Shown: positions 39,126 to 52,365 of the stretch, one piece after another
How positions within the stretch are numbered: position 1 is the stretch's first letter
How the letters are laid out: each line of letters opens with the position of its first letter
Assembly (NCBI RefSeq): GCF_018350175.1
Contig: NC_058369.1
Coordinates: 23,996,001-24,060,000 of the forward strand
Origin: Felis catus
Taxonomy: Eukaryota
Length of the DNA: 64,000 bases
Direction: 5' to 3'
The notes under the pieces: model-generated
Databases searched by the model: none
Told to the model about the DNA's origin: nothing
What the model saw: the letters and a program-made list of their open reading frames with translations, nothing else
Position numbers and translations under genes: made by a program

Positions 39126-40940
39126 TAAAACCAAGTTCCATCCTACTATCTTCATAACACTGCTTTTATTTTTTGAGACATGGCAAATCCTGTATTAAAC
39201 CACCAGACCACAATTTTGAATATAAAACTTAATAAAAGAATAAGAATGAAAAAATTAGAATATGGTCTAAAACAGTGAAATTTTTAGTTGTAGTTAATAC
39301 TGAACATCAATATGGAACTAACTGAACATTTCTTTTGACATCTTTTTCAATTTAAGGACCAGCTTTAAAAAGAGCCACAATTGATAAATAAGAGAAACCT
39401 AAATTCATTTTCTTTCCACCATTTAACTTTTTTGTGTTCTAAGCAGATGGAAAAACTCTGATCCATTGTCATATTGATTAGCACTATATAAAAGTGAAAA
39501 GCAGTCACAAATTTTTACCCCAGAGTTCTCAAGGTTTGTGCTTCCAGAGCTGGGCTTTCTCTCCAGACCCTCACCCACGACTGTGTATCTTATGTATCCG
39601 TGCACATGGAGGACATAAAATACATGTCAAACAAAATAAAGCAAGTTATTAAGTACAACAAAACCCTAAATCTTGGTGGAAGTCAACAGATAAACAGACT
39701 ATAACAGTAGAATAGTCTAAATACACAATGTATAATTCATGGCTAACCCAAGACTGCACTTGTGCAATATTTCACCGGGCTCCTCTTGCAGCCTTTGAGG
39801 TTAAGACTGGGTAAATTGTACTGCCTTTGCTAACTCAGCAAAACACAGGACAATCAAAAAGGAAAACCCCATCTTTTCCAATAAGGGGAGCAGGCAAGAA
39901 GACTGAGAGTAGAGAGAGTATTGCATAGCTCTTAAAGGCAGACATTAAAAATTCACTGCGTACTAAGTTACCCACTATCTTGCTAATAGATAATTTTGTG
40001 GTTGACAAATGTTTGTGTCTTCTTTAGACCATCATGATGCTAAAATGAAGAGAGGTGACCAACCTCCTTTCCCGCACTCCATCACCCACCCTTGTGCTCA
40101 ATTCACAGTAGGCAGCTGATAAACATTTGTTAAAGGAACTGCTTTTTGATTTCCATTTATTGTCCACTGGTGCAGCAATGAAATGCACACATGAATATAC
40201 AATGCCCAGTAACAGCGGTAATAGAAACCCGAATACAATTAAATATATTTATGCAAATTGGAATCCTAGACAATTTCTCACATTTATCTTTTACAAAAAT
40301 ATAGGATGGGCTAACAAATGAGTGCACATGACTTTCCCAAAGCTGAGAAGGCAAAACCAAGTCCTTGGTAGCTGTCCAATGGCTACAAATGAGGCTCTGT
40401 GCTGCTAAGGCCCACCACATCTTCCAGAGACTAGAAAGCTGAATGGGTTGTGGGATACATCATAGAGTGAAGTGCCATTTTTGGCAATTAAGAAGTGAGA
40501 TAAGACAAATGTCATGTTATCACCAGTACAAGTTCATGTGCTTACTAATACATGGGAGGACCATGCCTAGTGGTGCTAAAAGTCTGAGCTTTGGGCAGTA
40601 AATGAATCTGTCCATATAATAATAGAATTTGAAAGAATGTCATGAAAACAGAAAGGTGAGAACTACTGGTTTAGCCTTTCTAAGCTAATTAATTCAACTA
40701 ATCAGTTACATTTTCTTTTGAGTGTGTTATAGTTGATTGTTTGCCAACCAAAAACCCAGGTGAACTTTTCAATGACAGAATGTCTGTGACTTATGATGTT
40801 TACATGACATTTTTGCCTATAAGTTAGCCGAGAAGATACTGGGTTTATTAAGTTTTTACCTAGTCCCATGGAGAAGGTTTTTTCTACAGTTTTAAATGTT
40901 TAAAGGAGTGGTAGGAGACCCCAAAAATGTGTTTTTTGAT

Positions 40941-41148
40941 TGTTTTTTTCTTTTAAAAATGTATTTATTTTGGGGAGAGCTCAAGCGAGGGAATGGCTGA
41001 GAGAGGGGGACAGAGGATACAAAGCAGGCTCTGTGCTAGCAGGCTGACAGCAGTGAGCCTGATGTGGGGCTTGAATTCACAAACTGAGAGATCATGACCT
41101 GAGCTATTGTCTGGCACTCAACCAACTGAGCCAGCCAGGTGCCGCCCC
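40941..41148 (-). mobile_element. Can-SINE
   Basis: Typical body; TSD ccccaaaa(a)tgtgtttt(tt)gatt on both sides. Confidence 0.92.
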
Positions 41149-41227
41149 CCCAAAATGTGTTTTGATTATCACACAAGCCATGTTAGTGTGACATACTGAG
41201 TGTATAAATATAATAATAAAATAATAT

Positions 41228-41437
41228 ATATTTTTAAGTTTATTTATTTTGAGAGAGAGAATGCACGCACATGAGCGGGGGAGGGGTAGAGAGAGAAAGG
41301 GAGAGTGAGAGTCCCAAGCAGGCTCCACACTGTCAGCGAGGAATCTGACATGGGGTTGAACTTATGAACCGTGAGATCATGACCGGAGCCAAAATCTAGA
41401 GTCGGGCACTTAACCGACTAAGCCACCCAGATGCCCC
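41228..41437 (-). mobile_element. Can-SINE
   Basis: gtgagatcatgaccggagccaaaatc...cttaaccgactaagccacccagatgcccc; TSD aaaataatat. Confidence 0.93.
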
Positions 41438-42310
41438 CAAAATAATATTGTTAATAAAAAAATAAAATTAAAAACAAATAGAAAAGCCTTGATGAAGCAG
41501 AAATAATTTACACTGAATATGCTAAAAGGGCTATCACTATCTTTCCTATGAATTACTATAGAATTTAGGGCCTCTGTCTACACTTGACCAAATTATTGAA
41601 AATCTTATTACATCATTAATGAATAAAGAGAGAGGTAGACCAACAGAAAAACTTGAGTGCTGACTTGGAACTTTCAATATATTTGGAGGATGGTGGTAAA
41701 TGGAAATTTTTTTAATGTGTGATATACCCAAGTAAAAATACCCAGGCACATGCCTAGATATAGAAATGGGGCCAGATCTCTGCAACAGAGGCAAACAAAT
41801 TGGAATTTCTTTCTGGACCTTTAAAATATGCATTGAAAGCAAAACCATGCACCTTTCACAATATGGAAATAAAAACCAGTACTGTCACAAAATGTGCCTT
41901 CTCTAAGCTGCACTTAATGTTATGGCACCAGCTTTTTTTTTTTTTTTTAATTGGGGGTCGTTGCAGGAGACAGCTCTATGAAAACCACATCTGCATTTAT
42001 TTGCTGGAAAGGGCTGTTGAGGACATTATCCATTATGTGGTTCAATATTCCTATAGAAAATCACACACAAGAAACTCTTTTTAATATCTGGTGCCAGGAA
42101 AATCTCTATCTCCAGGAACTCGTCTGTTTCCTCCTTTCTAATAACAAAAATGGTACAATTTATCCTGTTTCCCTTTTTGCCCTGGCTGCCAGGGAGTTCA
42201 GGGCCAAACTTGATGATCAATCATAGTAATTATAATGGACTTTGTGGTTAGCAGAGTTACTTCCTCCAGGTTTTCAAGGCTTTTACTTTCATTTTTTATT
42301 TTTATTAATC

Positions 42311-42336
42311 GTGTGTGTGTGTGTGTGTGTGTGTGT
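42311..42336. repeat. (GT)n microsatellite
   Basis: Perfect GT run. Confidence 0.95.
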
Positions 42337-43559
42337 ATGCACATGTTCATGCACACACACTTGCGACCTGGACTTTATTATAACTTCAATTCTTTTTTGG
42401 AAAATGATGGATTATGTTTATTGCATAAAAGCAAGACCCAGAAAGATGTCAAAATATGCTTTTTTTCTTGGTACAAATACTTTTCATACACATGTGTGTG
42501 AGCATAAGTATCTTGTCTTTCTCTTTGGGAACAACTACTTCTATACAAGTTAAGTGCTTGTCAGTATTATACCCAGACAAGTTTTACTCTGTTTATGGAT
42601 TATTTCTTTGACAAAATAATATATCTTTATTTATAGCTGATGCCTTTCAGAAAAATTAACACCATAATTCTACAAAACTTTGTTAAGCTCACAGTTATCA
42701 TGAAGTCCTTAAAGTTGGCTCTGATGGCTTGGCTGAACTCACACAATCACTGCAGAGAATTCATTTACATTACATTTACCAAATGTTTGAAATGGACCAT
42801 CATGTCATTTTCACTTCTCTTCAATGTTTTCTTTTTTCTTAAGTAATACATATGAAATTAATGGTTGATTTGTTTCAAATGGTCTATTTTCCTTCCCTGA
42901 GCCTAGTCTATTAGCTAGCTTACATTTAAACATATTTTAGTGTTACAGATTTTCCACTGACTAATAAGCAAAACACAGCTTTTCAAAATCCTAAGAGAAG
43001 TACATTAACTTTCTTTCAAATTGTTGTTTAAAAACAATGTCTCACATTGAATTCTCAAGCTTGGGACAAACCGGAAAGATCCCATGAGTTTTTAAACCAT
43101 ATTCATTTCCCTGAGCACGGGGGCTCTGCCTCCTGGATGGTACAATGCATTCAGTCCTCCTGTCAGTTAGAATTTAGGAAGTCATTTCTCTTTAATAGTT
43201 GCCAGACCTCCTGGATAAGCTGGGGCACTTCGCTTTGCCCTGAATCTCCATTGAGACTGGAACCTTCCTACTTACTTTCTCCTTTACCACCATAAGAACA
43301 CTGGGATCCCGCTGGCATAAAACTGTTTTGACCCCTGAATCATAAAGCTATACCTTAACAGTGGGATTGTTTGCAATTAAGTAACTGATCCTTTTCCTAT
43401 TTAACTTGAAAACGTTCATTTGATACTAACACCATGCTTCTGTAACCCCACTTCTCCACCCCTACCTCTCAATCCCTTGACAGGTCTCCAAGAATAGCTG
43501 GGTGGCTTTGTTCTTTAACTCTGCACATAACCAAAAAACCAAGAGGCCACAGAGAGACT

Positions 43560-43720
43560 GGATATCAGCACAGGGCCTGGAATCAGACAGACCGACCTCA
43601 TATTAAATCTGGGGTCTGCCACTTACTAGTTACATGACTTAAAGTTATTTAATTCTGTGGGACCTAAGCCCCTTCATCTGTAAAAGGTGACTACTAATAA
43701 CAGTACCACACTTATAAAGC
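43560..43720 (+). mobile_element. MIR SINE
   Basis: ctggaatcagacaga...tctgccacttactagttacatgac...catctgtaaaa. Confidence 0.8.
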
Positions 43721-43721
43721 T

Positions 43722-44110
43722 ACTTCATTCATTCAGGAAATCATTACCTAGAGTACCTACTGTTTGCCAGGAACTGTGCCAACCACTAGGTACACAGAAT
43801 ACACATGGATCCTACCTTCAGGGAAATTTCTTTCAATCTACTTGGGCAGTTAGATACTAAACCAACAAATGAAAATACAGTATATAGTTATAAATTTTGA
43901 TAAATGCTCTAAAGGAAATGACAGAACTCTTTGGAGAGTACCAATGAGAAGTGGGGGAAAATGTCTTTGTACGGGGAAATCTTAAGCAGGCAGCATTTAG
44001 GTTATGATCTGAAGGCTACAGTGAAGGAAGCAGAAAGGGCCTTCCAGGAAGAGGAACAGCATATGCAAAACTTGGCTTTTTTGAGAAAGAAAGTGGACCA
44101 CTGTGTCTTC
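43722..44110 (-). mobile_element. L2 LINE 3' end
   Basis: ttcattcattca...gtacctactgtttgccaggaactgtg...ttccaggaagaggaacagcatatgcaaa. Confidence 0.75.
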
Positions 44111-44220
44111 AGGAGACTGTGTAAGGAGGGAAAACCCACACAACAAGATTGGTGCATATCAATGGAGATTTAATATGCAAAAATAAAAAACAAAAACGTA
44201 ATCCAGAGTTTAGAACAGAT

Positions 44221-44421
44221 CAGATATCAGCAAACTACAGCTCATTGGCCTACCGCCTGTTTCTGTAATAAAAGTTTTATTGGCACATGGCCACATTCAT
44301 TTGTTTATGTATTGTCTATGGCTGCTTTCACACTACAACAACAGAGCTAAGTGGCTGCAACAGACCTGAAAGTCTAAAATATTCACTATCTGGCCCTTTA
44401 AGAAAACGGGTGCCAATTCTG
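44221..44421 (+). mobile_element. MER58A hAT-Charlie MITE
   Basis: cagcaaactacagc...taaaagttttattggcacatggccac...tattgtctatggctgcttt...aaatattcactatctggcccttta. Confidence 0.9.
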
Positions 44422-44469
44422 AAATAGAGTAACTTCCAATAAATGTTTAAGTAAACAACAACAAAGTAA

Positions 44470-44892
44470 GCCAATACTGTATGATTCCAACTATGACATT
44501 CTGGAAAAGGCAGACTATGGAGAGAGTTAAAATATCAGTGGTTGCCTGGGGTTGTGGAGAGGTAGGAATAAACAGGCAAAGCACAGAGAATATTCAGGGC
44601 AGTGTAACTACTCTCTGGGATACTACAATGATGGATACATGTCATTATAAATTCATCCAAACCCAAACTGTGTACAACACCAAGAATGAATCCTAATGTA
44701 AAATATGGACTCTGGGTGACAACGATGTGTTAATGCAAGTTTATCAATTGTAACAAATGTAACACTCTGGTGGGGGATGTTGATAGGAGGGGAGGCTATG
44801 CATGTGTGAGGGCAGGGGATATATGGAAATTCTCTGTACTGTTCACTCAATTTTGTTCTGAAGCTAGGACTGCTTTAAAAAAATAAAGTCTT
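44470..44892 (+). mobile_element. L1MC-type 3' end
   Basis: tactgtatgattccaactatgacattctggaaaaggca...ggggatatatggaaattctctgtact...aaaataaagtc. Confidence 0.9.
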
Positions 44893-45249
44893 TTTTTTTA
44901 AAGTAATATGATCTTTAGCAGCAGATCATATTTCAGGCCCCAAATCTGTTTTTTCTTGGATTCCACATAAAATATAGCAACTTAAACTGGAGTTTTCCTT
45001 GAATTTCAAGATTTCTGTGCTCTTAAGATGTGAATAAATGTAATTTTTTAACTTAAAACAACATTAAACCATCTTTCATATGCATGGGAATCAGGAAGTA
45101 ATAGGATTTAACTTGAAAAATCTTTGAGAGATAGGTTAAATTAGAAATTCTGGGAAATTTAGAATGTAGAATATTATAAGATGGAAAAACAAAATATTTA
45201 AAGATTATTTCTATTAATAGTGTGTGTACATTGAGCATATTAAATAAGA

Positions 45250-47110
45250 AACTTCTGCTTCCAGCATCATGGCTGACTAGATGCTATGAAGCCCTCTTTC
45301 AAAACATAATTTTTATTGCATTGTTGGTCTCTTGGGAACTAAGGAAAACCTCTAAAGGACTAAAATAAACAAACAAAACTCCAGAACTGAGCTGAAACCA
45401 GAATACTGTGCTGAAAGCCCACATAAATAGCAGGGGTTGCTCTGAGAGCAAATACCAAGGTCATTTACAGAACTGAGAGACTAAGAAGTCAGTGGCAAGT
45501 TAGAAGAGCTTAACCTGGAAGCTCTGACTAAACCAGGATTTTTGAAAGAACTAAGTGGTTGTAGATCGGCAGCAGCCCTTCTTGCTTCCAGAAGAAACAA
45601 AAATAAATCCCTTCTGGTGAAAAGAATCCCTCTTTTATTTTATTTTTTTTAATGTTTGTTTATTTGTTTATTTGAAGAGACAGAGAGTGTGAACAGGGGA
45701 GGAGCAGAGACAGAGGGAGAGAGAGAAACCCAAGCAGGGCCCGTGCTGTTAGTGCAGAACTAGGATGCAGGGTTCAAACTCACGAACAGTGAGATCATGA
45801 CCTGAGTTAAATCAAGAGTCAGAAGCTTAACCGACAGCCACCCAGGTGCCCTAAGAATCCCTATTTTAGTCACTCAGGGCTCCCACTAAGATTTGCCAAA
45901 TATAAATCCTCAAAGATTATCAACCACATAAGGAAACCAATTACCAGTGAGAGAAAGACACTATACTAAACAAGAATATGTATATATTAGTGTGTGTGTG
46001 TATATATATACACACACATACATATATATGTATATATACATATATATACACATACACATATATATATATATATATACCCAATGGCTTCAGATATTTGAAA
46101 TATTAACTATAGAATGTAAAATAGGTAGTTATGAAATCTTAAAGAAATAAGTAAGAGAATTAAATAAAATAAGCATCCAACAAGAAACTATCAAAAGTAA
46201 CTAGAAAGATCTAAAAAAATCCAAATTAAATTTGGGAGAACAATATATATATGTATATGTATATAAATATAATATATATATATATGTATATGTATATATA
46301 TAATGGTTAATCTAAAACAATGAATGTGTTAGGCACAGGTTAGAGACGGTTGAGGAGAGAGCATGTGAATTGGAAGATATCAATAGAGAGGTTATCCAGT
46401 ATGCAGCTGAAAGATTAGGAGAAGGAAAATGAGAATGGGATGTTAAATGATTAGGAGGACAAAAAGGGGATATCTAACACACATGAACTGGAGTCCCATG
46501 AAGAGAAACTAGAGATGTGGAGGGAAGGAGATATTTAAAGAAATAATGGCTGAGAATTACAGAGTTGGTGAAAGATAGGAATTTACATATATAGGAAGCA
46601 GAATACATAAAATAAAATTCATAGCTATACATCATAACAAGACTAATAACAATCAGAGGAAAGCTAGTCACTTACAATTAGCTGGAAAGCAGACTTTTCC
46701 ACAGTAATAATGGAAGCCTTTAGTTACAATAACACGTTGCTAAGAGAAAACAACTATCAATTAAAATTGGTTAATTCAGTGATGAGAGTGAAATAAAGAT
46801 ATTTTCCAAGAAACAAAAATTGAAAAGAGCTTATCACCAATAGATCTATACTAAAAGAACTTGTAAAAGCATAAAAGATTATAAGCTGAGATGGAAAGTT
46901 TATAATGTAAAAAGAAATGGTGAACCAAGAATACTATTTTTTATTAATAATTTTACATACAGGTTTGTTTAGATTTGCTAATATGTTTATTTTTTAAACA
47001 GAATCTAATTCATTGATCCAAAAAAAAGGCATAATTAAAGTACTGGACAAAAACATGTAAATAACAGGGGGATGAACAGAGCACATTTTATCATCTTTAT
47101 ATTGTCTGGG
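45250..47110 (+). mobile_element. Old L1M/HAL1 5' UTR and ORF1 remnant
   Basis: acttctgcttccagcatcatggctgactag start; gaattggaagata, tggagtccca, atatttaaagaaataatggctgagaat (IFKEIMAEN). Confidence 0.75.
45632..45852 (-). mobile_element. Can-SINE inside L1
   Basis: TSD aagaatccct (45622-45631 / 45853-45862). Confidence 0.94.
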
Positions 47111-47119
47111 AGAGGGAAG

Positions 47120-47786
47120 TCATTGGCCAGGCTGGCAGAAATACGGGCCATGCACAGGTCAGTCGCATAGTCTTCTTCTCATTAAGAGAAGATCTAAGTA
47201 ACTACCTGATCTAATTACCACCACAACTAAGTACAAAATCTGCCCACAGCAAAGGCCAATACTGAGCCCTGGGTGAACTAACTGGCTACCTACAGACGGA
47301 ATGATGACATTAGACTTCTCTGACTCTGAAGAAGTCACTGCCTTGACTTCAAAAGGATAGGAACTTTCCGCTTATGGATTTCCCTTCTTTTCAGCACTTT
47401 TGTCAGGACCGTGATTTTTAGACATACAAAGTGCCTTATCCATCTCATGATAGGCTGCACAACATCACCCCCAACCATGGGACACATTTTATAGCAAAGG
47501 AAGTACATTGTGGGCCCATCACCTAAAAATGCTGGTTTAGCATCCAAAGAGAGACAATACCCAAAGAGGTTGGGATATTGTCCTTTGGGAATGCAGTATA
47601 TGTCTTAAATCATAGGCCAATATATGATATCATCGCCCACATAGTAAGAATATGTGGATCAGAAAACAGAGGAGGTGGTGAACTGGCCCTTCCCATTAAA
47701 ACACCTAATACCTTACTGAGAGAACATTTGTTTTCACCAAAAACCATCATTATGGTGCGATGAATTAGAAACTGAGATTGTTTCCT
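47120..47786 (+). mobile_element. ERVL pol/integrase fossil
   Basis: ORF 47578 AVYVLNHRPIYDIIAHIVRICGSENRG resembles ERV-L AVYALNQRPIYGTVSPIARIHGSRNQG; upstream cagcaaaggccaatactgagccct (QQRPILSP) and gggacacattttatagcaaaggaagta (GTHFIAKEV). Confidence 0.85.
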
Positions 47787-47936
47787 GGGGTGCCTGGGTG
47801 GCTCAGCTGGTTAAATGTCCAACTTCAGCTCAGGTCATGATTTCACAGTTTTTGAGTTTGAGCCCTACATCAGGCTCTGCGCTGGAGGCACAGAGCCTGC
47901 CTGGGATTCATTCATTCATTCATTCATTCATTCATT

Positions 47937-47970
<34 letters not shown>

Positions 47971-48060
47971 GCCACTCCCCCACTCGTGCACTCTCTCTCT
48001 CCCTCTCAAAACAAACAAACAAACAAACAAACAAACAAACAAACAAACAAACTTAAAAAC
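47787..48060 (+). mobile_element. Can-SINE with internal (TTCA)n and an (AAAC)n tail
   Basis: ggggtgcctgggtggctcag...caggtcatgatttc... Confidence 0.95.
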
Positions 48061-48259
48061 TAATTATGAAGTTCCATCCTATGTTGAAATATCGAGTCTA
48101 TAAACACACAAACAAAACCTTCAGAAATTTTCAAATGCACCACTTGGAATAATCAAGGGAGTAGTTGAGAAAATCAGTGAGTGTAGGGTGAGTTTTTTTT
48201 TTGAAGGACCACAAAAAGAAACTATGAAGAAGATTAAACTACCCCATTGTCACTTTCAA

Positions 48260-49429
48260 AGTCTCACAAAGCCACTGCCAATTTATTTTCACAAATGTTC
48301 TCTGCATCACGGCCTACAAGAGTCTATACCAGCTTCAGTGTTCTGGTTTCTACTCCTGGATATACAATGTGGCTGGCTGTTGACTAATCATCATGATAAT
48401 TTCAAAGGATGAAAAGTTTGTTCATATGGAATGTAGGTATTCTTGACCTCTGAACTCCATTGTTCTGACGCCAGGAAAAAATATGAGAGCTCCGGCAGTA
48501 TTAAACAAATCTGATAAGGTCATGTCTGCCTTCAAAGAAAGATCAGCAGCCAACTGCACAATTGTCTACAATTTCCAGAATATTCTTCCCTCTAGGCCTC
48601 AAATGTTGATAATTAACTGCCTATATTCTAGGCTAAATTTATTGCATTTTCTACTGTAATTTTAGTAAAATTAAATAATTGTAATTGTAAAATTTTTAAA
48701 TGACATTGAGAAAATAAAATTATTTTTCCCCTTACAACCTTTCTATTCCACCACTAAAACATACATAAGATGAAAATGTATGTACCACATTACAAGAGCT
48801 TATGGGAAGAATGTTAATGAAGGATGCTAAGAAAACCTTATACCAGACTTCTAAAACATAATAATAAATATGGGAAACTCAAGTTTCCAATGCAAATCTT
48901 CAAATCAAAAGTATTTTCAACAGATGAGTGTTCAGTATGAGATTATGACAATGTTTTCTGTAAGATCCACATTTCTATTTCAAGTAGAGATAAAAGAGTA
49001 TTTTGTACCTGGTCTACTGTCAACTTATGTTAATTTAACCGCCAATATTTTAAAATTCACAATGAAATTGCATAAGAATCAATTTATAAATATTTATCTA
49101 TAAAGTTAACAACTGTGAACTGCAGCGCTATGTCAAACTGTAAACATAGTCATGGAACACTGGTTCATTCTGAGAACAGATGTTGGGCCATCTCTATAAT
49201 GGGGTTGATTACAGATGGTACAGTAATAATTTAGTTTATTTCTTTCTAGTGACTTTTTAAACACACAGGTAAACCCAAGGAAAGCCAAACATGCTCCTGA
49301 GCCCCTACTTTTTATTTCTGCCACAGTGGCAGACATTATTAAATGATCCTGGAACTTCTTCAGCATTCAGATCAGCATTGGTATACTTCTCATCACAGCA
49401 CTCTGGTAGTCACTGTTAAGTGACTGGAA
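48260..49429 (-). other. Candidate alternative terminal exon (~1.2 kb)
   Basis: Weak acceptor gtttgatcttgtactag|TTCCAGTCAC; repeat-free AT-rich body; AATAAA at 48643-48638 and 48287-48282 followed by GU/U-rich sequence. Confidence 0.35.
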
Positions 49430-49826
49430 CTAGTACAAGATCAAACTATTTTTTCTGTGTTTAACTCTTATGTGCTGCAGTGGTTCTAAACACTATGTAG
49501 CATATTTTCAAATATTAGAAAGTCTGGTAGCACTCTCAAGGATTAAGAGATTGAAAATAATTATAAATAAGTTTCAACAACAATAATACTCTAGTCTGTC
49601 ACTGCCTCACGGTGTCTAGTAAAGTAGCCCCAATTATCAGTTATTCATTTTATATCCAGGTGACCCTTTGAGGGTAACCATTTACAGTTGTGGTTCTACT
49701 CCTATAGTAAAGCTCTCTTATGTCTATTCGACATGCCATGTTCCTTTAGGCCCTCCTGGTACTCTGCTTAAGAGAACAGATTCTGCTATCAAGACAATGG
49801 GGTGTGACACTGTTGGTTTGCCTTTA

Positions 49827-50052
49827 TTTATTTAAAAAAATTTTTTTTTAATGTTTATTTATTTTTGAGACAGAGAGACACAGAGCATGAACAGGGGAGG
49901 GGCAGAGAGAGAGGGAGACACAGAATCTGAAACGGGCTCCAGGCTCTGAGCTGTCAGCACAGAGCCCGACGCGGGGCTCGAACTCGCAGACCGTGAGATC
50001 ATGACCTGAGCCGAAGTCGGACGCTTAACCGACTGAGCCACCCAGGTGCCCC
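49827..50052 (-). mobile_element. Young felid SINEC_Fc
   Basis: CpGs intact; perfect TSD tggtttgccttta (49814-49826 / 50053-50065). Confidence 0.97.
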
Positions 50053-50169
50053 TGGTTTGCCTTTAGAAAGAACATTTTGGCCAATGAGTCCTTGCTCACC
50101 CAATCCCAGAGACAGAGATAACAGTTAAGAATCTACTGGATTTGCTAGGTGAAGACAATTAGGTCTACC

Positions 50170-50340
50170 TGTTTTATTTGCCTTATCTCCTTCAATTCTC
50201 TCAGCATCCTGTGAGAGATATGAGGCTCAGAGATATTAGCTCCTTACCCCATGATCTGTTGTGAAGAAGTAACAGAGACACAACTCCAAGGAGGAGATAT
50301 GGCTGACTTCAAAGCCACTGCTCTTAGCCTCTCTGCCAGT
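50170..50340 (-). mobile_element. MIR SINE
   Basis: tgaggctcagagatatt...gctgacttcaaagccactgctcttagcc. Confidence 0.6.
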
Positions 50341-50359
50341 CTGCCCTGTGGTGACTAAC

Positions 50360-50392
50360 CAAATCCAGTCACCTTCAGCAGCAGGATTGGAT
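50360..50392 (-). other. Candidate 33-nt micro-exon
   Basis: tgttgattttttag|ATCCAATCCTGCTGCTGAAGGTGACTGGATTTG|gttagt. Confidence 0.3.
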
Positions 50393-51779
50393 CTAAAAAA
50401 TCAACAGCAACAACCAGCAAAATGAAATACCACCATCGTTCTTTCTACTGCTTTAGTCAGAGTCTATTTTAATGAGGACAGGCAATCTACTTCCTGTTTG
50501 GACCAGAGGTCTAAAAGCACCAGTTCCTTCTGCTTCCTTCAGGAGGTCTTTCCATTTGAAATGTGATCGTTTCTTAGACATAAAGTGGATGATAGAGGTT
50601 TACAAATGTCAGAAGCCATAGACAACACAATGTGAATTAGTATCAGGATTGCGTACATTTTAGCCCCCCACTTTCACATAGAAACAATATTTTCACTGTC
50701 ACTTTACAGGTGAAACAATTAAGGAAAGAAGAGAGGGACATTACTAATGTTAATTTAGCACCTAGATATCAATGCTCATGTGACATACATGAGCTCTTTT
50801 AATCTTCACAATAGGCACCAAGTATATATTGTTAGTTCCCTCTGGTTAATTTTTATTACCATGTCACCTACTATATGTTTTATGTATTAAATTTATTTTC
50901 TGTGTCTTGCCTACCCCATTAGACCCTCCATTCCAAAAGGGTTTTACATCTTGGTCTGTTTCATTTATTGCCATATCCCTACTAGTGCATGGCACATGGT
51001 AGATGTGCAATAACCATTGATTGAATAACGGAATAGAGGCTCAACAAGGTTCAAAAACTTGCCTGAGGCATGCATTTTGGAACTAAGCCTTCTATCATCT
51101 GTACCCAATTGCTACTTAATACCCCAACTCTGGGCCCAGGGTTACTTGAATAATTGAAGACTCCTACCAGGTGGGGCAACACCTTAAGGGTATCACTTGG
51201 CAGTGCTTTGTGAGTAATGGCACCCTTTGACCAGGAGTGTCTTGCTATTATTGCTTCTTCACAATTAACAAAAAAATGAAAGAAGTTGAGTCCTGAAACA
51301 ATAGCCATATCCCTAGATTTAGGAAACAAACACTAAAACAAATGGTGTTGATGGAATTATACCAGCAATAGAAGTTGCCCACAATTCCTCTGTGGTACTT
51401 CACCTCCTAGCCTTCAGCTCCTGTCTGGTTCAGATGGCTGCAATTCAACTCAATGAACACTGACTGAGGGCTACCCAGTGTCATCTGCAGTTGGTAACTG
51501 GGGAAGATGACTCCCTGTCTTTAAGTAACTCACAGTCTACTATGAGGAGAAAGACAGTGAAACACCTAGGTTTTATATGAAGCATCATGATGTGATAAAA
51601 ACAGCATACCGTAGGAGTGCAGAGAAAGGAAAGGCTGGTTATCTAAAGGCTGCATCAAGGAAGACTTAAGGGAGGATGAGGCATGTGACCTGGGCTAAAA
51701 TGAGGGTCACTACTCAAGGAAGGAAGAATCCCAAAGTCACTACCAAGCTGAAGCAGGGGAATTACAGATTCCTGGAGTT

Positions 51780-51914
51780 CTGGGTGGAGGAGGGTGTTAA
51801 TGACATCTAGTGGGTAGAGACCAGGAATGCTACTAAGCATCCCACAATGCCCTCCATGTCCCAAAGGGATTATCCACTCCAAAATGCCAATAGTGGTAAG
51901 TTTGAGAAAGCCTG
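51780..51914 (+). mobile_element. MER20 3' half
   Basis: catctagtgggtagagaccaggaatgctactaagcatcccacaatgc...caaaatgccaatagtg...tgagaaagcctg. Confidence 0.85.
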
Positions 51915-52099
51915 ACTTAGAGTATGAGCTTTGAAGGCAAACAAACCTGCACTGGTGTCCCACCTCTAACCCTAAGTAGCCAAGTGACAAATGACAGGCG
52001 GTTACTTAGTAGTCAAGAGGCAAATGACATATCCCCACTGTGCTTAACTGTATTCATCTGTTAAATGGAAAATGCTGGCAGCACCTACCTCACAATGGT

Positions 52100-52362
52100 C
52101 ACTCCTTCACTCAGCAGATATGTCTAAAGGGTCTCCTATGTGCCAGGCACTATGCTAGGTCCCAGGATACTGCAGTGGGTAAAATGAATGTAATCTCCAT
52201 CTTCATGGAGTTAATCATGGGAATCAGGCATATAAGGGAGCAATAATAATAATAAAGATGTAGGGATGCTACTGCAGTGATGTGTTAGAGGGTAAAGAAG
52301 CTCCAATAAGGAAGATCTACCCTACACGAGAGGGAACAAAGAAGCCTTCTGGGAAGAAATAG
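52100..52362 (-). mobile_element. L2 LINE 3' end
   Basis: ctcctatgtgccaggcactatgctagg...cttcatggagtt. Confidence 0.75.
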
Positions 52363-52365
52363 CAT

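Noticed and set aside
45975..46305. (TA/CA)-rich arrays
   Set aside because: Low-complexity microsatellite expansions within an L1 remnant
49408..49425. Perfect 7-bp hairpin agtcact-gtta-agtgact
   Set aside because: Several stems of this length are expected by chance in 64 kb
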